Below the pieces are notes generated by a model. That model was not told where the DNA came from. It saw only the letters and a list, made by a program, of their open reading frames with translations, and did no database searches. Below are positions 1-11,581 of a DNA stretch of 64,000 nt, in pieces. Every line of letters begins with the position of its first letter. Position 1 is the stretch's first letter. Made by a program: the position numbers and the translations under genes. The stretch is from the human T2T-CHM13v2.0 reference genome, Homo sapiens: NCBI RefSeq assembly GCF_009914755.1, contig NC_060928.1, one strand, 5' to 3'.

Positions 1-269
1 TTTTAGGTGATAGTTTTCTTTGTTAGTGAAGGATCCTACAGAGATGAGCACACAGTTTCTTTATCCAACAATGAATTATCTGTCCCGTTTAAGGGCACAG
101 GTTTCTATGCCTCATAGCCTAACATTGAGTCAACTTCATAGCTTAGCTCAAATTCCACCTCCAAGAATCCTGTCTCATCCACACACCACATGGCTAGGAA
201 AGAGACATATCAGGAAATAATTGAGAACTTGGATAATAGACTGCCCCCATATAAAGGCAACAGGATGGA

Positions 270-770
270 GAGTAGCTGCACTAGTCACCTACAAAAGGCA
301 AGCAAGGTGTTAAGCTGATGAACATTAGCATGGGGAGGGAGACCAAAGTGTCACAAAAATTAGCCTTTCCTATTTAGATTGCCCACAAAGCTGATGACAT
401 TGAGAAACTACCCAGGACTCCTGAATAATTCACATGCATTTCTCACCAGCTGATTTTACTCATTTAAAGGTTTCTTTTTTCTGTGACCCAGAAATATACA
501 GACATACACCGGAGCATGTTATCAGTCTAAACCTCATGAACAGAGACATGCACTAGCTACTGTGTGGAATTATGCAAAAAGCAGACTTTACTTCTTTTAA
601 GTTTCAAATGCATCAGCGTCCAGAAGATACCACATCAAAGGGTATTGTGGCCAAGGGAAGCCAACTACCTTCCATACTCCACAATGGAACCCATCTAAAA
701 GGGTTGCTTGATGGCAATACTTAAATCCTTTCTTCTAAAGCTCAGCTGGGAGAAGTTACACTGATGTACC
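270..770 (+). pseudogene. Degenerate retroviral integrase-like remnant upstream of RT
   Basis: Broken frames give LH*S (276), SYLDCPQ (368), ADFTHL (449), FHTPQ (670) and ILKSFLLKL (717-743), in the order of the integrase HHCC finger, QxDFT motif and C-terminal core helix. Confidence 0.5.
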
Positions 771-789
771 CACAAGGTAGGTGAGTCTC

Positions 790-2960
790 CCAGTTGATTT
801 CACCAGTAGTTTGTTGAAACTTTCTCAAAAAACATTAAGTCTAAATTCTTATTTGCTTTAGCTTATAAATGAGTTCAATATTTATGGCAAAGTGTTTTTT
901 GAGGATTTTGAAACTCTCTCTACTATTTTCTCTAGTCATTTATAAAATAAAAATAAAAAATTTATGGATATGTTTCCCACCAAAGGGATCTGTGGGATCC
1001 CTTTGGATCTACATTATTCAATACGTAGGTGATTGCTGGTAGTATAAGAAGCTAAAAGCAATATAAAATTGATAACTTGGCTTTGAAATAATTATTTGCT
1101 TCACAAAAGCATAAGGTTTCAATAGAACAATTGCAATTTTGCTAAACGAAATAAAAATATTTAGGGTGTCAGTTATGAGCCGTGGGCCATGGAATCTAGT
1201 AGTTACGTCTAGTAGTTTCATAATCTAGAAGTCCATTTTACATAAAATGACTTAAATAAAAACTTAAAAACAGACAATTATTTGATAATAGTACAGTATT
1301 ATGGACAGTGGATTTCATTTTGCAGAGGAGGCAAAACCTTTGCTGGAAAAAAACTGCATGATAATTCTCCAGATCTTCCAGTTTGGTCCCTAGAATCTGA
1401 AGGGCTTTTGAAAATTGAAGTTGGCTATAGTTTCTTCCCCAGCTTTGGTGATTACAATTTTAAAAAAAATACTCATCATGATTTATCTAATATTCATTTT
1501 AATATTGCATATTTACTAATGTTTACTGATGGGCTATGTACTTGGGATAATAGTGACAAATTTAAGGTGTCCTAAGCTGTGGTGATTTATCACTGAAACT
1601 TGAACAATTACTTTTTGTCTGGAAATAAGTCTGCACAAGCTGACAATAGCTATCACTAAAGCAACTTTGTTCTGGATTTAAAATGAATATATAATATACT
1701 ACTAATAGGTTTATGTTTGGCATCTATCATGCAACAAAGCAAATTTTTTGACTAGAATATTTTTTACTTCTATTGGAATAAAAATATCTCATGGAAACTG
1801 ATTGCTGATTTGTTAGAGGTTTTACCACTGCTTGCTCAGATGTTAGTAATTCATTCTGCTGACAGAGTTGCAAAAGCCACTGGTAAAACATTGCAGATTC
1901 CAAACTTAGAAGCTCTACTTTTAATACAATAAAAAATGCTTGTTTGTTTTCAAAAATATGCTTCCAAAAAGAAGATGGATTATAAAAGAGGCTGAAAGAA
2001 ACTTGACTGAACTATGGAAATGACCTAAGAAAATAATTCCTATACCATGGTCCCTATCTGCTTAGTTAATATTATGCATCACTAACAAAATCATCTAAAT
2101 AAAAGGCAGATTTTAAAAATGCTAGACTCTTCACAAGCTTACCACAAAGATAAAATTACTGCAAAACATACTAAAGAGATGTACTATTTGTCAGCAGAAT
2201 TCTTTACGGGCTGCTCCCAAGATAAGCATTCGCTGTCCCTGACAAACTTCACCAGGAACCAGGTAGCAGTTACATTTCATAAAACGAATGCATATAAAAG
2301 TTAAGAGATTTTGTCTTGCTATGATGTGTATGATGTCCAGTTGTCCTTAAGTCGTTCCCTATTCAAAAAACCCCTTGCTCGGGCAGTGGTAAAGACTGTC
2401 TTAATAAACATAATTTCCACTTTTGGGTTACCAGAACATTTAAATGACAGACAAAGTCATTTTATCTGTAGTGTCATTCAGGAATTATGCAAATGTTTAC
2501 AGATTCCTATAATCCTCAGTCTTCTGGAAAATAGAGTAAATAAATCAAACTCTTAAAAAATTCATTAGCTAAGATTCTGAAACCTGGTATACAAAGATGG
2601 CCTAGAGCTTTACCACTAGCCTTGTTTGAAATTAGAGTGATCTCTATAAGCAAGCACAGAATCTCTCCCTTTGAATTTATCTTTGGAAGGCCTGTGAATT
2701 TAGGTCTAGGATCATGTTTTGCACTTTATTTAACTGAATCCTTTAAAAGTCATGTTCAATACTTAAAAGGACTTTTCCCTAGGAACCGTGAGACTTAAAG
2801 TGGCAAGGACATGGAAGAATCTGCTGGAAGAAGTCAGCCACCTACGTTAACCAGGAGATTTTATTTACATAAAAGTCTCCCCCAGTAAAGATAATTGCAT
2901 TGGAACAGACTTTTTGAAATGTTGATGATCACCCACAGGACTATCTATGTGAAAATAATA
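790..2960 (+). pseudogene. pol: ERV1 (gamma-like) pol remnant: RT, connection, RNase H, integrase; many stops and frameshifts
   Basis: RT: FLFALAYK*VQYLWQSVF*GF*NS (846-917) and QYVGD (1019-1033, decayed YVDD). Thumb/connection: YYGQWIS/HFAEEAKPL, KLKLAIVSSPAL (~1297-1447). RNase H: MFTDG (~1519). Integrase: IISTFGLPEHLNDRQSHF (ORF 2311-2556) and WPRALPLALFEIRV...SPFEFIFGRP (2598-2693). Confidence 0.9.
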
Positions 2961-4153
2961 ATGACCTTAAACCAACAACAACTTGAAAACTTGATTTGTG
3001 TTTCTTATAAGAAGCCAACTCCTTAGAGTGACTGGACTGAGGATTCCACAAGGAATTTGGACTTGAAATTTTCAGAAGTTATTGATATTGGTACTGAACT
3101 CAACTGAAGAGGTATTCTTGCAAACATATTACTAGTTTCATAGACTGCCTTGCTGTCTCATTCATAGCACGGTGGTTTCAGTTACTTTAAGGATCACGTT
3201 TTTCTAGAAAACAAATTTATTTTTTACATTACTTTTTCTTTCTGTACTCCCAGTAATGGTTCCCACAATCTCATTTCCGATCAGCTCCAAATTGTACTCC
3301 ATATAAATAGGTTTTGATTTACAAATTGAAAAATCTGATTATTTATAAAGTAAAAATGAAAAAATCTTCATTAGTCATTTTTGATAATAACATTTTAGCT
3401 ATTTTAGGTAAAAGTAGCTAAAATGCATCCAAGTACTTGGGCCCTAAATTTGATACAAAAATGTTTTCACTGATTTGATTGGAGCATGAGGTAGAAAAAA
3501 ATTAATAGTAGACAAACAGAAATCTAGCATTTACACATAGAGGTTGAAAAGACAGGTCTAATGTCATTCAATTAACTTAGAGATCCAAGTTGTGTCCAAT
3601 CTCAAAATACTTAAATAAACAAAGGTGAATATCTGTCATTAATGTAGATTTAGTCAACTGCTACAAAAGTATGACTATTGATTAAGGCCCAATGCAAGAA
3701 AAAAAAGGCCCATAAGACAGGTTTGTCCTCAACACTTAATGAGAACCTTACACATGAAGCACTGGAACTTTACTCTGTCCCATTCAACAGCTACCTCATA
3801 ATGAGGCTTTGATAGTAGATGAAGACTATTCATATCTTTACGTCACACATCAGAGAACTATTATTTGGGAAGACAGAACAATTACTAAAAGACCTACATT
3901 TTCATAAAAATGTAATGGAACTTATGTGATTGACTGAAACTCAAAATTTTTTGGGGGGTGGCCTTGCAAGGAAAACTTTTAGATCATCAGGTTTCACTGT
4001 AAAGCTACTTTCTAGTTTTAGATTGGATAATGCTTTACAAGGAACTGCCAAATAATACCTAGATATTACCCATTTGAAAATACAAGCAATAAGGTCATCA
4101 CAGCAATTTTAAAAATAATTGTGTAACTAAGGAAAGTTTTCTGCATTGCTAAT

Positions 4154-4866
4154 TATATTATTCAGGCTTCTACAGAGAGACAGAGCTTATAGTATATGGA
4201 TATGGATATATGTATGTATATGAGAAGATTTATGTATGTATGTATATGAGAAGGTATAATTCAGTCTGAGTGTGAAGGCCTGAGAACCTGGAGTGCCAAT
4301 GTCCAAGGACAGGAAAAGATTCATGCCCCAGTTCAAACAGAAGCAAATTTGTCCTTCCTCTATCTTTTTTTTTTTTTTTTGAAACAGAATCTCACTCTGT
4401 CCCCCAGGGCTGGAATGGAATGGTGCAGTCTTGGCTTTCTTCCCTCATTCAAGTGATTCTTGTGCCTCAGCCTCCCGAATAGCTGGGACTACAGGCGCAC
4501 ACCACCACGCTTGGCTAGTTTTTGTATTTTTAGTAGAGATGGGGTTTCACTATGTTGGCCAGGCTGTTCTCAAACTCCTGACCTCGTGATCTGCCCACTT
4601 CGGCCTCCCAAAGTGCTGGGATTACAGGTGTGAGCCACCGCACCTAGCCTTCCTCTGCCTTTTTATTGCACCAACCTAACATTCAGACCCTCAAGGGATT
4701 GGATGATGCCCCCTTGCATTGTGGTGGGAGGATCTGCTTTACTTAGTCCAACATAAACCCATCTCTTCCAGAAACAGCCTTAAAAACATGCTCAGAAATA
4801 ATGTTTAAGCAGCTGTTTCGGCATATCCTGGACCACTGAAGTAGATACATAAAGTTAACCATCACA
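4154..4866 (-). mobile_element. MLT2-family ERVL solo LTR, split by an Alu
   Basis: Starts TATATTATTCAGG...CAGAGAGACAGA with a TATG-rich tract and ends AAGTTAACCATCACA, as in reverse-strand MLT2. Five-bp TSD CTAAT (4149-4153) / CTAGT (4867-4871). Confidence 0.85.
4365..4649 (-). mobile_element. AluS-type SINE with a small deletion in the right arm
   Basis: Poly-T then GAAACAGAATCTCACTCTGT...CCCAAAGTGCTGGGATTACAGG. TSD TTCCTCTATCTTTTT / TTCCTCTGCCTTTTT. Confidence 0.97.
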
Positions 4867-5162
4867 CTAGTTAAGAATCTGATGTAACCATTATCTATTT
4901 ATATGATAAATTCAAAGCTTATTCCTACAACCAATAGTGTAGAGACTTTTAAAAATGTACTTGTTTTGTTGTTTTATCAGATTTCTGGCAATTGCATTGT
5001 GTTGTATGTTACTGTCGACTTTCGGGTTATTTAGAGGGCTGCAACTTGTCCAGAGAAAGATGAAAATAGCAATGAAGTCAGAAATTTGTAGTGTCACTAT
5101 TTTATACTAACAAGGAGTGTATTGTCTGGGTAAATACAAATTGGAAAAGAAACAATTCTCTT

Positions 5163-5801
5163 TGTTGAAAATACGGGAAGAGACATCCATCCCCTCCCTT
5201 TCTTAGGGCATTTACTTTAGAAAACTTGCAGATGGAAATTTTTGTTTGTGTCTTTAAAAATGTGTGTAAATCTTTTTAAATGTCAAATAAGCCTCTTGCC
5301 TGGTGAAAGGCTCGGGAATGTCTTACTCTATGACCTGGGGACCATCTCATTGAAATGTCTTCATCATCAAAGAACATAGTGCCCATCTCCCAATTTCTGT
5401 GGGTGGGTGGAAACCTAGCTTCAGAAGGTATTTAGCTTAAAATTGCAAAACTATCTTATGTTATAAAGATATGATAATTTATTTTTCCTTTGGATAATAC
5501 ACAGAACATCATTCCAAGTATCCAGTGAATTTAGGATGAACTATGTGTAACAAATAGTGCTGTCAAGTCCTATCTAGCACTTGAAGACTAGTTATTATTT
5601 ATCTTGAGAACATGTACATAATGGATTGTATCTGCTTGGCTATATAAAATAATGAGATTTATTTCTGTTTTGTGATATCTTAGCACACCTACAATCTGGT
5701 TTAATGCTTATTCAATAATACAACTGTGTTCTTTCTTTTATGTTGTAGAGAAGCTTCCCAGGTTGGGAGGAGATTTTGTTTTTAATTATTTATCACCAAC
5801 A
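5163..5801 (+). mobile_element. ERV1 LTR (MER34/MER39/LTR48-like), probably the 3' LTR of the upstream provirus
   Basis: TGTTG...CAACA termini, TATATAAAA at 5641, and body motifs (GGACCATCTCATTGAAATGT, GGATGAACTATGTGT, CTTGAGAACATGTA) recalled from MER34-group LTRs. The 5' boundary is uncertain and no clean PPT is seen. Confidence 0.75.
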
Positions 5802-7604
5802 TATAGTGTCATATTTTCATTTGCCTCAACTAATCATGAATACCTGAAAGGCAAAGTCCGTATTTTGCTTATATTTTTTATACTCATGCCTCGTACTCAA
5901 TAGATATTCAATTAAGATAGGTTTAATCCTGTTGTGTTCAGGAGATATATCAAATGTATGTATGATGAGAAACATTTGAAATACTGTAGAATAGAAAAGA
6001 GCTTCTAGACCTTCAAAAACAGCTATATGTTATCTCCAATCTACTCTCATACCAGCTTTTCTTTCTCTCCTCACATATACCATTTTCCTCAAGAATTTCT
6101 GAAATATTTATTTGTAATTGCTAAAATCTTCATTTTTCATGGCTCTGTACATTTATATGTATGCCTGCTTCCCTTCCCCCTATCTCAGGAATGCCTCTCC
6201 ACAAACAGTTCCTGGACCTGACACACTGATTGCTGTGTTTGTATCTAGAGAAGAGAAAGGATGACTAAGGGAAGTGAGTAAGGGGTAGATTTACTTTTGA
6301 AATGTACTTGCGTATCTTTTAAATTTTGTTCATGTATGCATTCACTACTTAAAAACAGATATGATAATTATATTTTGATAGGAAAAAATACAAAGTCACT
6401 TCCTTTAGGAAATGTCCTATTACCCTTCGTTGGCTAGGCTATTGGCCATGTTACCTAGAGAATAGGCTTGTTTCTCCCTGCACACAGAAGCCAATACCAT
6501 GGCATGGGGTCTTTTAAGAAAAGAAAAGCTTTAAAGGAAAACCTGCCAGCAAGGAGAGGGGAGTGGGCTGAAATCTGTCTCCCTAACTTTGGGTCTGGGG
6601 AAAGTTGATGATTTAGAGGGCAAGGGAAAGGATTTAGGAATTTTGACTTGGCACAGTCTGGTTCAAGAGCTTCAAATTTGGCCGTTTAAAGTATGTAGAG
6701 GTAAATTTTAGCTCCACATCTTCTAGGTTAAGGGTTTCCTTGTGACTGAAAGAGTTCTGGTGTTCAGGTTCTGGTCATATTCCAGTCTTCTTGGTTCCAA
6801 GGGAAGGATTCCTTGATTCCAGGTGTTTTTAGAGGTCAAAGGTTTTTCTATTGCACTTGCCCAGGCAACAGGACTTGCAGTTTTTGTCTCTGTTACCTTT
6901 TACTGGGAAGTGTGGGGATTCTCAGTTCTTCTCTAACTTGAAAGAAAGAATTCAGCCAAGAGATGTATAGTTTATTGAAGGGAGATAAAGTACATTTTTA
7001 GAGTGGCAAACAGCTCTGGCTGGGCTGATCCTGCTGAAAAACAGCTCGTGGCTGTTTCTGCTGGAAAAATGATAGTAGCAGGGTTCGTTTAAAGAGACAG
7101 TACATTCTGAAAGATAAAACAGAGTCTAATGCTTGAAAGAATGAGTCAGCAGAAGCTAGTGCTGAAGGATTCTTTTTATGAGAATCTTACATGATTATTC
7201 ATAAAGGGGCATGAGGGGGTGTTCCTTGCAAGCATGTTTTGGGAGGTCCCTTTGGGCATGTATGCTCTGTGGTCCTATATGCTAGTGCAAGTAAACATGT
7301 CACGTATCTTATTAGTATTTAAAATCTCCTGGACAGAGATTTTTAATACTAGTAAATAGTATTCATTTAGTCAATACTGTTTTTACTATTATAACGAGAA
7401 AAATGTTACTCTAGGGTCCATGCTCATCAGCAGGGAAAATCCCGACCATGGTTATTTCTGGATACAGCCTAAGTATCCTTTAGGGCTGGAGGAGCCCACT
7501 CACAAGGCCAGAAGTAGCCAAAGTAGCCATTGTCATTTTTCCTGTCTACAAGTGGGCAGCATCTTTAGGACTTCTTTTCCCAGGGGCTCCCCTGTTGCTT
7601 ATTT

Positions 7605-8038
7605 TGTTACCAAAATACCAGGGGTTTGGTCTAGGTCCTGCTGTTTGCTGCATAGAAAGCCAATCATTAATATAATGCTTATTGCCAAGGAAGAAGGCTT
7701 TAATTGGGTGTTGCAGCTGAGAAGATGTGATTTCAGTCTCAAATCTATCTCCCTGGCTGGCTAAAATTAGGGGTTTAATAGCAGGGAAGAAAAAGAAATG
7801 TAACAAAATATTTGAAAACAGAAATTTGGGAGGGGCAAGGAAGCAATCATGATGAATGAGGGGCCTGGTGTCTCATTGTCTGGAGGTGATGATCTGGTGA
7901 GTTTCAGTTCTTTGATACACTTTGAGAGTCCTGGTACCTCATTGGGTCTGGTGAGTTTTAAGCTTTAAGACCAGAGGGCAGGTCAATTTATATAATTATC
8001 TTTAAAAAACTGTCTGTGGGACTCTTGGGCTGGTTTCA
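7605..8038 (-). mobile_element. 3' LTR of the MER66-like provirus
   Basis: TGTTAC...GGTTTCA; adjacent GTCCCCCCTTT is PPT AAAGGGGGGAC on the minus strand; ATTAAA polyA signal on the minus strand at 7699-7704. Confidence 0.9.
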
Positions 8039-11000
8039 GTCCCCCCTTTCTAGTTATCAGTTCCTCAATCATGCAGAATCCTGTGGTCAATCTTTCTGGC
8101 TTCTTCCTGCTGAGGAGGGGCATTGTCGGCAGCTCCTTACCATGGATGACCATGTGGCCACCAGTAATCAAAGGTTTATCCAGTACTATAGTTTTCTTCT
8201 AAAACATAATATTTCTCTCTCCAGTCCCCCACGAATACAAATCACAGCAGGACTAATCAACCTGCAGGATAAACTTGAGTCCCATAGACTTGGCCTTTTA
8301 CCCACACAAAGTGCATCAAGAATCATTGTCCCCTTAGGCTCTTCTAAATTGGCTTTGCTAGAACCTCTCACAGGCCATTTCAGCCAAAGTTCTGAGAAAA
8401 TAACCAGTTCCTTCAACTGGGTTCCGTGATAAACGTAAACAGGTTGTTAGTAAATATATGCAAACAAACATATTGCCATGAATTAAGAATATTCACAAAT
8501 AGTTTACAAATCATGGAGAAATTAGGAAGAGAGAGAAATATGCCTCAAATTCCATTCACAAAAGTATACTCTACACAATATACTTAAAGTATACTTAAAG
8601 GCTATAAATACCTCAAGATAAAAAAATTCCCCAGACTCTGAAAAACAAAACAAAACCAATCAGCAATATTTCACACTAAAAAAAACCATAAAAATTATTT
8701 TAGTCCTTTATTAGTTCAGTCTATGCAAGAAATTCCTGCTCTCTGCTTCATATTGGGTTAGCAATCTTTATGAACACATCAGCCTTTCAATTAGTCCTCT
8801 GGAAGTTTTTACTCTAATCCAAGGGCACAATCTCCAAAGTTATCAGAAACCTGCATTCAAAACTCCTTTTCTAGTACTCTTCCAAAGAAGCAAGCCCTGG
8901 ACTGTAGCTGCTTGTAAGTCACTTTTTGAGAAGGATCAAACTAAAACAACAATGATGAATGACAAAAGCCTTAAGACAGTCATCATTAAAGACACAGTTG
9001 GAAAAGAAATTTGGTTATTTCTGTGGCATACAACAATTTAACCTAATAATTATAATTATTATTACTGACAACCTATATTAAGACATATCAGAATCTTAGG
9101 AGTCACACATAATCCTGGAACACATATTAACAATATATCTATATAAATATAACCCAAAGGAAGGTAAACACTATCACAGATTTGACAATGCTTCCTGCAT
9201 AATTCTAACATAACAAGCCAAATGAGCCAAATATGTCTCTCTTGGACTTCAGGAAATGTAATATACAAAAAAGCTAGTTTGAGGTCAAAAGGACTTAATT
9301 TGGAACTTAAAATTTTGTTCTTGAAAAGTTTGGCAAATATCAAAGTTTTAAGACATTTCCTGTTATAAAATGGGATCACAGTTCACCATAAAATAATCAT
9401 TAATTAAAACAAAAACATTTACCTTTTGATAGAGAGGAGACTCAATTTCCCAAATAAGACCTAATACTTCAGAAAGCATGAGGGCAACTAAATCGGTCTC
9501 TTTCTGCTGCATATTTTTCCTGTACTTTACTCAAAAGGTAAACAGAAATTTATTTTACCTTTTTATGGTATATTATTTAAGTTAAAGCTAATTTTAATAA
9601 CACCATATGAACAAATCTATCCAATTTCAATCATTTTGACTGTAAGATTTTCATAAAATTTTATAACCTATTACAATTTTCTATTAAAGAGCACATCAGT
9701 GATCCAAGCAATCCCTGTTATTCTGACACATGGACCCAGATGCTGGCCTTGCATTACTGTGCTTTTGATATTAATGTTTAATTTATACAAAAACTCTGAA
9801 CTAATCTTATCCCTCAAATTCAACCCTTATAATTCACATGCTCACATCTTCCAAGATAGTCCCTGGGCCTAGAGCGATTGAATGGTTTTAATTTCTGGTC
9901 CTGTGTCTCACAAAATCAGTTCATTTTGTTTTTCACCTTCTCCTGAGTTTGAAGACGTGGTTTTGACTGGTGTCAATGCTCAAAATTGAGCAGAAGTCAG
10001 TGCCTTCTTCAGACCCAGGAGTCAAAGCCCTATAACTTAACGGCACAAAGTTTAGTTAATAGAATAGTTTAGTTAATAGAATATTTATACTACAGCCCTG
10101 TCATTCTCTCTAACATGTCACAAATTAGAACACTGTGATTTGGACTTTAGCTATCACTACCTGCAGCACTTCAAACCACTGTATTAAAGTGGTTAGGTTA
10201 CTCATTCCTTATGTCTAATTGCTAGCATTCTAGTGACATAACTGTGACCAAAAGCATCGTATGCCAGACTTATCAAAGTAAGACAACTAACTTTTCTCTC
10301 CAACATCAAAAAATGGTAAATGCAAATATCAGTTTTGGAAATTTAATATGAGGATAAGTAATACACTTAAATTCACTTAAATAGTGTACAATAAAACAAG
10401 GACAAAGTAAGAACAAACACGCAATAATTTCTTTTCATCTATTTAAAACAGCATTATCACAAATTTCCAAGATTGGTTTCTAGATATATAACTGACATCT
10501 GACTGGTAACTTTCATCAGTAAAATCTTCAAATCAATGCAACAATTGTACTTATTTTGTTTTCAAATACTTACATGAAGGCCCATCAGTGATAAATGGCT
10601 TGGAGTCAAAAATCACTAGGAAGTCTCACATTTTAAAAAAATTTTTACTACTGAATCCAACTGAATGTCACTTAATGTTAATAATAGTAAACACAACTAA
10701 AGTAGTTTGAGAGAAATCCCAGTTGATATAATTTCCTTGAGGACAAGACCCATCTTTCCTGAACATTAAAACTTTGTGCCCATATCACAGTTTTTTTTTT
10801 CATTCATTAAAGGAAAAAATCTGAAACTAACTCAAATTATAGATTTAATTGAATTATCCTGGAAATAAACAACATTTAAAAACTTCTACTCTCATGTACT
10901 TTTCCAAATAACAAACACATAATGCAAAATTTCTGTTCAGAACTTATAAAGGTAAGTCTTTTATGTAATTTTTTAGACATGTTAAAGCTCTCATAGCTCT

Positions 11001-11279
11001 CAAGAGTATCAGAGGTAAGCAAAAACCAATCAAATTTTAAAAGGCTGGTGTCCTCTATCAATTATTGGAGACTTGACAAATGTAGCTTAAAAACTTGGGA
11101 TAAATAGAGAAATAATACATTGCTGGAAAGGCATAGGAAACAAAATGACTATTCATAGAAGGAAATAAAAGCCTTCCATTAGAAACTTTAAAAATCAATG
11201 GTTTTATATGTATATGTATTTATAAGTAAAACTGAGAGGGGAACAAACAGCAAATAAATAAAAATTAAAACCAAATACA

Positions 11280-11581
<302 letters not shown>

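Larger units (their letters stand above)
3130..5160 (+). mobile_element. ERV internal 3' region, possible decayed env, interrupted by MLT2 and Alu
   Basis: Lies between integrase and the LTR, with a hydrophobic stretch near 4950-5010. No intact ORF or clear immunosuppressive motif. Confidence 0.3.

Noticed and set aside
8016-8429. 137-aa ORF
   Set aside because: Antisense to the proviral 3' internal region and overlapping the PPT, with no recognisable domain.
10050-10083. 17-bp perfect tandem duplication GTTTAGTTAATAGAATA
   Set aside because: An ordinary slippage duplication within ERV internal sequence.
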